A stretch of 59,819 bases of DNA, filler included. It is 4 parts of 4 records of this genome, joined end to end, with 100 filler letters (N's around TTAATTAATTAA, not from the genome) between each part and the next. Parts side by side here need not be neighbours in the genome. Positions count along the whole stretch, not along the records: positions 1 to 24,078 come from DRR723986_1545; 3 more parts are not named here. One strand, written 5' to 3'. The notes beneath the pieces were generated by a model. The model saw nothing but the letters and a program-made list of their open reading frames with translations. It did not search any database and was not told where the DNA came from. Both the position numbers and the translations under genes were made by a program. Within the stretch, counting starts at the first letter, position 1. Each line of letters starts with the position of its first letter. Below, piece after piece: positions 1 through 9,546 of this stretch.

Positions 1-1036
1 GGGCATGACCCTGCACAAGATGCCGCTGTTCGCCTGGGGTGTCCTTGTGACGGCTGTCCTGCTGCTTCTGTCCCTGCCGGTGCTTGCCGCTGCGCTGACT
101 ATGCTTCTGACGGACCGGAACTTCGGTTCTCAGTTCTTCAATCCGGCCGGTGGCGGTGACCCGATCATGTTCCAGCACCTGTTCTGGTTCTTCGGTCACC
201 CCGAAGTCTACATCATGATCCTGCCGGCCTTCGGTATCATCAGCCACATCGTGTCGACCTTCTCCAAGAAGCCGATCTTCGGCTACCTCGGCATGGCCTA
301 CGCCATGGTGTCTATCGGTGTCATCGGCTTCGTCGTGTGGGCGCACCACATGTACACGGTCGGTATGGACGTTGACCTGAAAGCCTACTTCGTCGCTGCG
401 ACGATGGTCATCGCCGTCCCGACAGGTATCAAGATCTTCTCCTGGATTGCTACGATGTGGGGCGGCTCCATTGAGTTCAAGGTCCCGATGCTCTGGGCAA
501 TCGGCTTCATCTTCCTCTTCACCGTCGGCGGTGTGACGGGTGTGGTGCTGGCTAATGCCGGTATCGACCACTCGCTGCACGACACCTACTACGTTGTGGC
601 GCACTTCCACTATGTGCTGTCGCTGGGCGCCGTGTTCGGCCTGTTCGCGGGCTGGTACTACTGGTTCGAGAAGATGTTCGGCATCAAGTACAATGGCTTC
701 CTCGGTGGCCTGCACTTCTGGCTTATGTTCATCGGTTCGAACGTCCTGTTCTTCCCGCAGCACTTCCTGGGTCTGCAGGGCATGCCGCGTCGCTACATCG
801 ACTATGCCGATGGCTTCGCCACCTGGCACCACATCTCGTCGATCGGTTACGCCATCACCATGGTTGCAACGCTGGTCTTCTTCATCGGCCTCGCCGAAGC
901 GCTGATCCGTCGTCGCAAGGGTGTCGCCAATCCGTGGGGCGAAGGTGCCACGACGCTGGAATGGACGCTGCCTTCGCCGCCGCCGTTCCACCAGTACAAT
1001 GAACTGCCGCACGTGACGGCCAAGGGCGGTCACTAG
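1..1036 (+). CDS. ctaD: Cytochrome c oxidase subunit I (5' truncated by window edge)
   Basis: Heme-copper oxidase motifs [23 protein letters not shown] and GMPRRY; frame runs in from the window edge. Confidence 0.97.
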   Translation, partial: GMTLHKMPLFAWGVLVTAVLLLLSLPVLAAALTMLLTDRNFGSQFFNPAGGGDPIMFQHLFWFFGHPEVYIMILPAFGIISHIVSTFSKKPIFGYLGMAYAMVSIGVIGFVVWAHHMYTVGMDVDLKAYFVAATMVIAVPTGIKIFSWIATMWGGSIEFKVPMLWAIGFIFLFTVGGVTGVVLANAGIDHSLHDTYYVVAHFHYVLSLGAVFGLFAGWYYWFEKMFGIKYNGFLGGLHFWLMFIGSNVLFFPQHFLGLQGMPRRYIDYADGFATWHHISSIGYAITMVATLVFFIGLAEALIRRRKGVANPWGEGATTLEWTLPSPPPFHQYNELPHVTAKGGH

Positions 1037-1065
1037 GCATACATTGCCTGAACCACTCAATCGCA

Positions 1066-1100
1066 GCGGCCTCTCGTTCAACGGGAGGCCGTTCGCTTTC
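1066..1100 (+). terminator. Probable intrinsic terminator or stabilising hairpin after ctaD
   Basis: gcggcctctcgt-tca-acgggaggccgt stem followed by tcgctttc. Confidence 0.55.
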
Positions 1101-1129
1101 CAAAGTCCCGGAAAGAAGGACCTGATCCG

Positions 1130-1534
1130 TTGAATATGCGCTTGCCCATCGTGATCGGCATGTATGCCTTCATCGTGGTGTTCTTGCCGCGAAATCCGGC
1201 CGTGGACCGGTTGTTCGACAAGGTACGGACAATCGATCCGAATATTGCAATCACAATCTCCGTTGTCGCATTGATTGCCGGGGGCATTGGCCTCTGGATG
1301 CTCTGGCGTCAGCCGAAAGGCCTGCTGCGGACAAAGCCGAACCGTAAGCTGGTGATCATCAATTCCGGCCTCGTCGGGATCGTGTTCGCGGCCATATTCG
1401 ACGTGATGCAGAAATTCTCCGGCTCGGCGACTGACCTGATCAGCCTGATCCTGGTGCCGATTGCCTTCATGATCGCCGAAGCCACTTACCTCGCGCTCGA
1501 ATGGCGCCTGAACCGCAAGTTTGATAAGGAATAA
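1130..1534 (+). CDS. Hypothetical membrane protein (about 4 TM segments); start TTG1130 or ATG1136
   Basis: 134-aa ORF with four hydrophobic stretches, filling the gap between ctaD and ctaB. Confidence 0.7.
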   Translation: MNMRLPIVIGMYAFIVVFLPRNPAVDRLFDKVRTIDPNIAITISVVALIAGGIGLWMLWRQPKGLLRTKPNRKLVIINSGLVGIVFAAIFDVMQKFSGSATDLISLILVPIAFMIAEATYLALEWRLNRKFDKE

Positions 1535-1621
1535 GCCCGCGTTTGGCCGGAACGGCCCAATTGTCGCGCTGACAGCGCTGATTCGCAGACCCATACCAGA
1601 AACACACCAACTGGACCCGAA

Positions 1622-2575
1622 ATGACCGACGCCCCCGCCACTCCCCAAAAGCGCTACGGCACCGCTGGCGATTATGTTCAGCTGCTGAAGCCGCGCATCA
1701 TGATGCTGGTCGTGTTCACTGCCGTCGCCGGTCTGATCGCGGCCACCGGCGTAACCGGGCAATCGATGAATCCGGTGATGGCGGCGATTGCCGTGCTGGC
1801 GGTTGCGCTTGGGTCTGGCGCCGCCGGCGCGATCAACATGTGGTACGATTCCGATATCGACCTGGTGATGACGCGGACGTCCACAAGGCCGATCCCGTCC
1901 GGTGCCGTGCCGCGCGAAGAAGCGATTGCGATGGGCATGATCATGAGCGGCGTGTCCGTCCTGCTCATGTGGCTTGCATCCAACTGGCTGGCAGCCGGGC
2001 TGCTCGCTTTCTCGATCTTCTACTATGGCGTCATCTATACGATGTGGCTGAAACGCTCGACGCCTCAGAATATTGTTATCGGCGGCGGGGCCGGAGCGTT
2101 CCCACCCGTGATCGGCTGGGCAGCTGTCACGGGGAATACGCCTCTTGATGCGTGGATACTGTTCGCCATCACTTTCTTCTGGACGCCCCCGCATTTCTGG
2201 GCGCTGAGCCTTCTGGCGCATTCCGAGTACGAAAAGGCCGGCGTGCCCATGCTGCCCGTGACGCACGGTGCGAAAGCGACCCGGCTGCAGATGCTGATCT
2301 ATACGGTCGTCCTTGCGGCTGTTTCGATGATGCCGCTGGTGACTGGACTTGGTGGCTGGATCTACGGCGTGGTGACAGGTGTGCTGAACCTTGCCTTCCT
2401 GTATTTCGCGGTGCGTGTCTGGCGCTCGCATGCAGGTGACAATGGCGCACCGGGAGCAGACCAGAAACTTGCGCGCAGCATGTTCCTTTTCTCGATCCTG
2501 TACCTGTTCCTTGTCTTCGCAGCCTTGATCGTGGAGCACGCAGCTGGTCTGCATTTTCCTGTCGGAGGCCTGTAA
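1622..2575 (+). CDS. ctaB: Protoheme IX farnesyltransferase (heme o synthase)
   Basis: LLKPRIM, NMWYDSDIDLVMTRTSTRPIPSG, WTPPHFWAL; cox cluster context. Confidence 0.96.
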   Translation: MTDAPATPQKRYGTAGDYVQLLKPRIMMLVVFTAVAGLIAATGVTGQSMNPVMAAIAVLAVALGSGAAGAINMWYDSDIDLVMTRTSTRPIPSGAVPREEAIAMGMIMSGVSVLLMWLASNWLAAGLLAFSIFYYGVIYTMWLKRSTPQNIVIGGGAGAFPPVIGWAAVTGNTPLDAWILFAITFFWTPPHFWALSLLAHSEYEKAGVPMLPVTHGAKATRLQMLIYTVVLAAVSMMPLVTGLGGWIYGVVTGVLNLAFLYFAVRVWRSHAGDNGAPGADQKLARSMFLFSILYLFLVFAALIVEHAAGLHFPVGGL

Positions 2576-2914
2576 ATGAGCGATGATGGCCTGAAGAAGG
2601 GCAATGAACAGTTCCCGGAACCAGCGCATCTGGATGACGCAGCGCGCGCGGCTCAGAAGCGGCGTAACCTGTGGCTTGGACTGGCGCTGTTGGGCTTTGT
2701 GTTTCTCGTCGGTCTCACGACGTTCGTGCGCCTGAGTGGCTCAGAGGACAACCAGGCCAACTTCTATTACAATATGAACCAGGCTGGGCAGGAGGAGGCA
2801 CCTGCGCTTCCGCCCGGAATGTCGCCGGATCAGGCTGAGCCGCCGGCAAATCTGTCGGCAGAACCGGTTGGGCCTGATGCCACGGCCGACGAAGAGGAGA
2901 CACCCGAGCAATGA
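2576..2914 (+). CDS. Small single-TM cox-cluster protein with acidic/Pro-rich C-tail (CoxF-like position)
   Basis: QKRRN followed by a TM helix; lies between ctaB and ctaG and overlaps the ctaG start (ATGA). Confidence 0.75.
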   Translation: MSDDGLKKGNEQFPEPAHLDDAARAAQKRRNLWLGLALLGFVFLVGLTTFVRLSGSEDNQANFYYNMNQAGQEEAPALPPGMSPDQAEPPANLSAEPVGPDATADEEETPEQ

Positions 2915-3489
2915 AGCTGTCCAACGCCAAGGTCGCCGGGATATCGCTGACGGTTTTCGCGGCGATGCTGGGGCTCGGTTTTTCCGCGGAGCCGCTTTAC
3001 GGCACATTCTGCCGGGTGACCGGTTATGGCGGGACGACTCGTATTGCGACGTCGGCCCCGAAGGAGATTGTCGACCAGACAATCACAGTCCGGTTCGATA
3101 CGAATGTGGCCGACACGCCGCTGGAATTCCGCCCGCTTCAGCGCTCGGAAGACGTCAAGATCGGCCAGCATGGACTTGCCTTCTTTGAAGTTACCAATCC
3201 CACGGACGAGGAAATCCACGTCATCGCGGCCTACAATGTGACGCCGCATTATTCCGGCAAGTATTTCAACAAACTGGAATGTTTCTGCTTCGATGAGCGG
3301 GTCATTGCCCCTCGTGAGACGAAAAAGCTGCCTGTGGTCTACTTCATCTCGCCCGACATGGTGGAAGACCACGTGGCGGATCAGCTGGAAACCATCACGC
3401 TCAGCTACACTTTCTATGAAAGTTCGAAGTATAAAGGGCCAACGACACAGGCGGCCGTGGGTGCGGCGAATTCAGCCACGGGCGGCTGA
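2911..3489 (+). CDS. ctaG: Cytochrome c oxidase assembly protein Cox11/CtaG
   Basis: PLYGTFCRVTGYGG and copper-binding YFNKLECFCF motif. Confidence 0.96.
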   Translation: MKLSNAKVAGISLTVFAAMLGLGFSAEPLYGTFCRVTGYGGTTRIATSAPKEIVDQTITVRFDTNVADTPLEFRPLQRSEDVKIGQHGLAFFEVTNPTDEEIHVIAAYNVTPHYSGKYFNKLECFCFDERVIAPRETKKLPVVYFISPDMVEDHVADQLETITLSYTFYESSKYKGPTTQAAVGAANSATGG

Positions 3490-3566
3490 AACTGTTGCAC
3501 TTTCGGTCCGGAGCGGTCTAAACAGCTCAGAGATTCTAGGGATATAAATCAAGGGGTCCGCCAGAC

Positions 3567-4445
3567 ATGGCTCACGGCGAAGTCAAACACGATTATCATC
3601 TGGTCAACCCGTCACCGTGGCCGCTGCTCGGCTCGTTGTCGGTACTGGTTCTGGCGCTTGGCGGCGTCACATTCATGAAGGGCCTTTTCGGCATGGAAAA
3701 GGGAACCGTCTGGCTTCTGGCCGTCGGTTTCGCCATGGTCGGCTGGGTCATGATTGGCTGGTGGCGTGAAGTCATCAAGGAAGGCAAGATCGGCGATCAT
3801 ACGCCGATTGTTTCCATCGGCCTTCGCTACGGCATGATCCTGTTCATCGCATCCGAAGTCATGTTCTTCGTCGGCTGGTTCTGGAGCTTCTTCGAATTCG
3901 CCATCTATCACGACGCCCGGGTTGGCGACACGTGGGACGCAGCCAATCCGCTGTTTGCAGATGCCCTGGCGAAATTCGGGGACTGGCCGCCGGTCGGCGT
4001 CGAGACATTTGACCCGTTCCACCTGCCGCTGATCAACACGCTGGTCCTGCTGCTGTCCGGTACCACCGTGACCTGGGCGCATCATGCTCTCCAGCATGAC
4101 GACCGTTCGGGCGCGAAACTGGGACTTCTGGTCACCATCCTGCTCGGCATGGCCTTCACCGCGCTGCAGGTGTTCGAATACAGCCACGCACAGTTCAGCT
4201 TTGACGGCACGCTGTATGGTTCGGCCTTCTTCATGGCGACCGGCTTCCACGGTGCGCACGTCGTGATCGGTACGCTTTTCCTGATCGTGTGTCTGCTTCG
4301 CCTGCTTACAGGTGGCATGTCGGCCCAGAAGCACCTCGGCTTCGAATTTGCTGCCTGGTACTGGCACTTTGTCGATGTAGTCTGGCTGTTCCTGTTCGCT
4401 TTTGTCTACGTGACCCCATACCTCGCACTGGGCGCTGGGCACTAG
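3567..4445 (+). CDS. ctaE: Cytochrome c oxidase subunit III
   Basis: HLVNPSPWP, FIASEVMFF, TGFHGAHV, AAWYWHFVDVVW. Confidence 0.97.
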   Translation: MAHGEVKHDYHLVNPSPWPLLGSLSVLVLALGGVTFMKGLFGMEKGTVWLLAVGFAMVGWVMIGWWREVIKEGKIGDHTPIVSIGLRYGMILFIASEVMFFVGWFWSFFEFAIYHDARVGDTWDAANPLFADALAKFGDWPPVGVETFDPFHLPLINTLVLLLSGTTVTWAHHALQHDDRSGAKLGLLVTILLGMAFTALQVFEYSHAQFSFDGTLYGSAFFMATGFHGAHVVIGTLFLIVCLLRLLTGGMSAQKHLGFEFAAWYWHFVDVVWLFLFAFVYVTPYLALGAGH

Positions 4446-4474
4446 ACGGCCGCGCATCCATGCGCTGACTTTCA

Positions 4475-4509
4475 AGGGCCCGCCGGCGCGCAATCGCCCG
4501 GCGGGCCCT
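4475..4509. repeat. Perfect 12-bp inverted repeat (hairpin) between ctaE and SURF1
   Basis: agggcccgccgg-N11-ccggcgggccct. Confidence 0.6.
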
Positions 4510-4553
4510 GCTTATTGGGGCAGGGCCGATCCCTGCGGCTGAAAGGGTCGAAG

Positions 4554-5243
4554 ATGACTTTTCGTCCGTATCCCGTGATGACCGTGTTCGCGCTCATCAG
4601 CCTGGGCATTTTGATCTGGCTCGGCGATTGGCAGTATGGCCGCTTCATCCATAAGATGGAGATTGACCGCCAAACGCCGGACTGGACCATCCTGGAAGGC
4701 GAAATCATTCCGGCAAGTGAGGTCCTTTCATATTACTATGTGGAAGGGCAATCCGGCTGGATGCGCGTTGTCGCGGTCGATACTGGTGATGCGGTGGTCT
4801 ATTCGCCGATCGAAATCGTCCAGCAGATTGATCCGCCTGCCGCATGCGAAGGTGAGACTTGTCCGGCTGGTCGGATCGCAACCCGTGGGATTTACAAGCC
4901 CGCCTTCAAGCGGAATGCCTTTACCGCAGCAGACGACACAGCCAATCGCGTTTTCTATGTGCTTGACCCAGCGGTGTTTGCGTCGCTTTTGCCGGGTGAG
5001 GCGGCTTCACGTGTATCGGCAGACGTATTCGAGCCCGAAGTGATCCGGTTTGTGTCTGAGAACGGGCCCTACCTGATCGACAATCCCTATGCACGCCTGC
5101 GCCTGGATGATGAATTGCCGCCACAACGGCATTTTGGGTATGCGATCACCTGGTGGGGACTGGCCATGGCGCTCATCGGCGTATATCTCGCCTTTCATCA
5201 CCAGAAGGGACGGCTCAGGTTCCGGAACGAGGGCAAATCGTGA
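4554..5243 (+). CDS. SURF1/Shy1 family cytochrome oxidase assembly protein
   Basis: N-terminal TM ending LGDWQ, C-terminal HFGYAITWWGLA; ATG4554 chosen over upstream TTG. Confidence 0.88.
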   Translation: MTFRPYPVMTVFALISLGILIWLGDWQYGRFIHKMEIDRQTPDWTILEGEIIPASEVLSYYYVEGQSGWMRVVAVDTGDAVVYSPIEIVQQIDPPAACEGETCPAGRIATRGIYKPAFKRNAFTAADDTANRVFYVLDPAVFASLLPGEAASRVSADVFEPEVIRFVSENGPYLIDNPYARLRLDDELPPQRHFGYAITWWGLAMALIGVYLAFHHQKGRLRFRNEGKS

Positions 5244-6625
5244 AGTATATTTCGACCCGGGGCCAGGCTCCGTCCACAGACTTTGCCGGGGCATGTCTGG
5301 CCGGTCTCGCGCCTGACGGCGGCCTCTATGTGCCGGAGAGTTTCCCGCAAATCGATCCACCTGCAAAAGGCGAGACCTATCACGAAGTGGCGGCGCGCAT
5401 CCTGTCAGCTTTCACTGGTGACGCGATTCCGCTGGAAGACCTGAAGCCGCTTTGCGAGCGGGCCTATGGCAGCTTCGCGCACCAGTGCGTCGCGCCTCTG
5501 ACGCAGTGGCGGCAAGATGCCTGGCTGATGGAGCTGCACCACGGCCCTACGCTTGCTTTCAAGGATATCGCGATGCAGATCATCGCGCAGATTTATGACT
5601 ACCTTCTCGGAAAGTCGGGTGAGCGCATGATGATCGTCTGCGCAACATCCGGAGATACGGGCGGTGCCGCCGCCGCCGCGTTTGCCGGTGCGAAACATGC
5701 CGACCTTGTGATCCTGCACCCGCATGGTCGCATTTCGCCTGTACAGCGCATGTTCATGACGACCACCGGTGCGTCGAATGTCGTGAACCTCGCACTGGAT
5801 GGCGACTTCGACGATTGCCAGGCCATTGTGAAGGACATGTTCGGTGACCGGGAATTCGTGAACCGGGTGAACCTGTCCGGCGTGAACTCGATCAACTGGG
5901 CCCGTGTGGCCGCTCAGTCGGTCTACTATGCGACCGTGCAGGCGGCCCTCGGCGGTGCGCTGCGGTTCGTCGTGCCCAGCGGGAACATGGGCGATGCCCT
6001 GGCGGGCTATGTTGCGGCCCGCTGCGGTTTGTTGAGCGGTGGCTTCGAGGCAGTTTGTGCTGTGAACGCAAACGATGCGCTGGCACGCCTGTTCAATACC
6101 GGCGTCATGTCCCGCGCATCAGCCGTTGCGACCCCAAGTCCGGCCATGGATATTTCAGTGCCTTCCAATTTTGAACGTCTCTTGTTCGAGATGACGGGGC
6201 GTGACGCTGATGCAGTTCGCAACACCTACGACACTTACAAGCAGGTCGGCGAAGCATCATTGCCCGACGAAGCGGTTTCACGCCTCAAGTGTTCAGGCCT
6301 TTCAGCTTCCTCTGTCAGCAATGACGAGACTATGGGGGAGATGAAAAGGTTCGAGCAGGAGACGGGGTGGCAGATTTGTCCGCATACGGCAGTTGGCACA
6401 TTTCACGCGCGGCGCCTGCCGGTGGCTGAAGTGAAAACGGTGGTGCTGGCCACGGCTGCAGCGGCGAAATTCCCGGAGACGGTGGAAGAGGCCACAGCTC
6501 GCAAGCCGACAATGCCCGCCCGGGCTGAAGTGCTCTATGAGCGAGAGGAAGTGTTCGAGCGGACAGAGGCTTCACTGGCTGCAGTTCGGGCACGTATCGA
6601 ACAGCACGCTGGCCGGAGCCGGTAA
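5240..6625 (+). CDS. thrC: Threonine synthase
   Basis: KYISTRG, GLAPDGGLYVP, HGPTLAFKD (PLP Lys), ATSGDTG, NSINWAR; GTG start overlaps the SURF1 stop. Confidence 0.96.
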   Translation: MKYISTRGQAPSTDFAGACLAGLAPDGGLYVPESFPQIDPPAKGETYHEVAARILSAFTGDAIPLEDLKPLCERAYGSFAHQCVAPLTQWRQDAWLMELHHGPTLAFKDIAMQIIAQIYDYLLGKSGERMMIVCATSGDTGGAAAAAFAGAKHADLVILHPHGRISPVQRMFMTTTGASNVVNLALDGDFDDCQAIVKDMFGDREFVNRVNLSGVNSINWARVAAQSVYYATVQAALGGALRFVVPSGNMGDALAGYVAARCGLLSGGFEAVCAVNANDALARLFNTGVMSRASAVATPSPAMDISVPSNFERLLFEMTGRDADAVRNTYDTYKQVGEASLPDEAVSRLKCSGLSASSVSNDETMGEMKRFEQETGWQICPHTAVGTFHARRLPVAEVKTVVLATAAAAKFPETVEEATARKPTMPARAEVLYEREEVFERTEASLAAVRARIEQHAGRSR

Positions 6626-6626
6626 A

Positions 6627-7196
6627 ATGCTGCCGCCCCTGCGCGAAACGCTGGTAACATCGGAGCGGCTGGTGCTTTCACCACCATTCCGGGCGGATTT
6701 CGCAGAGTGGGCCGATGTTCGCGAACGCAACCGGGCGCATCTGGAACCGTGGGAACCGGTTTGGCCGGATGATGTACACTCAAAGGCAGACTGGGGGCGG
6801 CGGCTGAAGGCCTGGCATAGCAGTTGGCGTAACGGCCGGGCCCACGTCTTCCTGATCCGCCGTCAGAGCGACAACCGGCTTCTGGGTGGCGTGTCGATCA
6901 CCAACATACGTGGCTGGCCGGCGCAGGCCGCCAATCTCGGCTACTGGATCGGGGCGGAGTTCCAAGGTAACGGATACATGCATGAGGCCGTTGGCACGAT
7001 CTGCACCTGGGCGTTCCAGGTATTGGATCTCAGGCGCATTGAAGCCGGGACCCTTCCAACGAATGAACGGTCCCAACGGGTGCTCGCCAAGGTCGGGTTC
7101 GAGCGTGAAGGCTATGCCCGGGATTATCTTGAGATCGCGGGAAAGCGGGAAGACCACATACTTTTCGCCCTCGTCAGGCCGGCGATGCCGCGCTAG
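6627..7196 (+). CDS. RimJ/RimL family GNAT N-acetyltransferase
   Basis: HLEPWEP, LGYWIG, GNGYMHEAV, NERSQRVLAKVGFEREG. Confidence 0.9.
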   Translation: MLPPLRETLVTSERLVLSPPFRADFAEWADVRERNRAHLEPWEPVWPDDVHSKADWGRRLKAWHSSWRNGRAHVFLIRRQSDNRLLGGVSITNIRGWPAQAANLGYWIGAEFQGNGYMHEAVGTICTWAFQVLDLRRIEAGTLPTNERSQRVLAKVGFEREGYARDYLEIAGKREDHILFALVRPAMPR

Positions 7197-7208
7197 ATTC
7201 CGGTCATC

Positions 7209-8237
7209 ATGGCGCAAACCTCCGAGACAAGCCTTCAGGGCAACTGGCACTGGAATGCTCAAGCAAAGCGCCTTGTGATCGAAGTGCCGCGAGGGTCAGA
7301 CTATTCCGAATTGTCGGGCGACTGGTCCATTGATGCTCTGGAACAGATGCTGGAAGGGCTGAGCCGCGGACGACTGGAGCGGACGTTCGATTCCGGGGAA
7401 GGCCCTGTGCGGTGTAATCTCCGCCTGTCGAGCGGGCGCGGGGTGCATCTCGTAGGAGCCTTTGTTGGCGATACAGAAGCACGCGGGATGCTGCTAACCG
7501 GCGATGATCTGCAGGAAATCGATCCGTCGGACCTGAAGCCCGGTCCGGATCTGGCACCGGTGTTTCAGCCGATCGTATCTCTTCGCAATGGGCAGGTTGC
7601 AGGGTTTGAGGCGCTGGCACGTTGGGACGATGGTGACCTCACTTCGCCGCCGAGCCGGTACGAAGACGAGGCGCTGGCATCGAACATGTTGATCCGCTCG
7701 GCGGAGGCGCTCGCGAGATTGCGGGATATTACCGGCAGGGAGGATCTGTTCATGCAGGTGAACCTCACTGCGCGGGACCTTGCCCGCGGGACCTTGCCTG
7801 CGCTCGTCGAGGCGCTGATCAATGGGTACAATTTGCCGGAACGATCGATGAAGATCGAACTGACGGAGCAAGCTGCCCTTCGCGATGCCGATTTCGCCCT
7901 CTCGGCAGCGCTTGCCCTTAAGGCGGTCGGGGCGGGACTGGTTCTGGATGATTTCGGAACGGGTCATTCTTCGTTTGCGTGGCTGGCCGATCTGCCTGCT
8001 GACAGCCTGAAGATCGATCACGGCCTGACACGGCGTCTCGGGCAACATCGCACCGACACGATCTTGTCGACAATCACGCTTCTGGCAAACCGCCTTGGTA
8101 TGACCAGTACCGCTGAAGGGGTCGAGCGTAAGGAAGATGCAGCCCGGTTGCGTGCGCTTGGTTTTGATCATGTCCAGGGGTTTGCGTTTGCACGGCCGAT
8201 GGACATCGAATCGGCTATCCGTTTCATGCGCTATTGA
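7209..8237 (+). CDS. EAL-domain c-di-GMP phosphodiesterase with short PAS-like N-terminus and no GGDEF domain
   Basis: FQPIV, GFEALARW, QVN, ELTE, LDDFGTGHSS, LKID, AEGVE and QGF motifs all present. Confidence 0.9.
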   Translation: MAQTSETSLQGNWHWNAQAKRLVIEVPRGSDYSELSGDWSIDALEQMLEGLSRGRLERTFDSGEGPVRCNLRLSSGRGVHLVGAFVGDTEARGMLLTGDDLQEIDPSDLKPGPDLAPVFQPIVSLRNGQVAGFEALARWDDGDLTSPPSRYEDEALASNMLIRSAEALARLRDITGREDLFMQVNLTARDLARGTLPALVEALINGYNLPERSMKIELTEQAALRDADFALSAALALKAVGAGLVLDDFGTGHSSFAWLADLPADSLKIDHGLTRRLGQHRTDTILSTITLLANRLGMTSTAEGVERKEDAARLRALGFDHVQGFAFARPMDIESAIRFMRY

Positions 8238-8798
8238 TCAGGCATTTCCAGGAACAATCTGTAATCTCGCACTGTCGATGCCGAGACGGCCCAGCGCATG
8301 ACGCCATTTGCGTTCATGAGCGCTGGAGAAGATCAGCTCCGGATCAAGGTCGCAGACGAGCCAGGCATTTTCCGCGAGTTCCGTTTCCAGTTGGCCTGCA
8401 CCCCACCCTGAATAGCCAAGTGCGAGCACACTACGTCTGGGGGGGTGAGTGGAACCCATGGCGTGCAGAATGTCCCGGGTGGCGGTCATGCAGATATCGC
8501 CATCAACCGGGAGGCTGGCGCCTTCATTGTAGACATCGTCGGTGTGGAGCACGAATCCGCGATCGGAGCTGACCGGGCCGCCATCCAGAACGAACGTGTC
8601 CGGCACGTCCGCTTCGATGGGCACATCGAGCTGCTCGAACAATTGAGGCAAGCGCAAATGGGCCATCGGCTTATTCAGCACGATCCCCATCGCGAATTCC
8701 GGGGAATGCGCGCAGACCAGGATGACAGATCGTGCAAAGCGGGCGTCGCCTATGCCGGGCAGGGCGATCAGGAGTTTTCCTGTCAGGTCTGTGTCCAT
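8238..8798 (-). CDS. yqgE: YqgE/AlgH family protein (DUF179)
   Basis: LTGKLLIA, AMGIVLNKP, GGPV, RGFVLH, LGYSGWGAGQLE. Confidence 0.93.
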   Translation of the reverse strand: MDTDLTGKLLIALPGIGDARFARSVILVCAHSPEFAMGIVLNKPMAHLRLPQLFEQLDVPIEADVPDTFVLDGGPVSSDRGFVLHTDDVYNEGASLPVDGDICMTATRDILHAMGSTHPPRRSVLALGYSGWGAGQLETELAENAWLVCDLDPELIFSSAHERKWRHALGRLGIDSARLQIVPGNA

Positions 8799-8922
8799 GG
8801 CGCGCGGAAATCCTTCAGATCCAAGGCTGGGCTATCCCGGTCGCTTTGGCAAGGGCGGGAATCCTTGCTTCGCAGCACTGGGAGACCTATGTCCTTGGTC
8901 AAACCTGCAGGGAGAAAAGCAG

Positions 8923-9405
8923 ATGAGCATCAAGGTCGGTGATAAGCTTCCAGACGCAACTTTTATGGAAATGACCGCAGACGGTCCGGCGCCGTGCACA
9001 ACAGCAGACGTCTTTGGCGGCAAGACGGTCGCCCTTTTCGCCGTTCCGGGTGCGTTCACCCCGACCTGTTCTGCGAAACACCTTCCGGGCTTCGTTGAGA
9101 AGCTGGACGATTTTAAAGGCAAAGGTGTGGATGATGTGGTCTGCACCTCCGTCAATGATGTGTTCGTCATGGGCGCATGGGGCAAGAGCGCTGGCGCGGA
9201 CGGCAAGGTCCGCATGCTGGCGGATGGTAACGGCACGTTTGCAAAGGCGCTCGGTCTTGAGATGGATGGTTCAGGGTTCGGAATGGGCCAGCGCTCGCAG
9301 CGCTACTCCATGATTGTGAAGGATGGCGTCGTCACGGAGCTCAATGTCGAGCAAGGCGGCGAATTCAAAGTGTCCAGCGCTGACTACATGCTCGGACAAC
9401 TTTGA
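8923..9405 (+). CDS. Peroxiredoxin, Prx5 class
   Basis: VPGAFTPTCSAKHLPG, SVNDVFVMGAW; SD gggag upstream of ATG8923. Confidence 0.94.
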   Translation: MSIKVGDKLPDATFMEMTADGPAPCTTADVFGGKTVALFAVPGAFTPTCSAKHLPGFVEKLDDFKGKGVDDVVCTSVNDVFVMGAWGKSAGADGKVRMLADGNGTFAKALGLEMDGSGFGMGQRSQRYSMIVKDGVVTELNVEQGGEFKVSSADYMLGQL

Positions 9406-9446
9406 TTTATCAGGCATAACGCGTTTTAACCAATTTGGTCCATGAT

Positions 9447-9477
9447 CGGCGTGCTTGGGGACGAGCACGCCGTTTTT
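9447..9477 (+). terminator. Intrinsic terminator after peroxiredoxin
   Basis: cggcgtgcttg/cgagcacgccg stem followed by ttttt. Confidence 0.7.
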
Positions 9478-9490
9478 GGTTCAATATTTA

Positions 9491-9517
9491 TTGAAAAACG
9501 GAAAACTCTCCCCACCT
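9491..9517 (+). promoter_or_regulatory. Candidate RpoH (sigma32) promoter for SPFH-NfeD
   Basis: TTGAA-N14-CCCCAC-CT resembles the sigma32 consensus. Confidence 0.4.
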
Positions 9518-9546
9518 TTATGGGCGTAACAAAGGAGAGGGACCCC

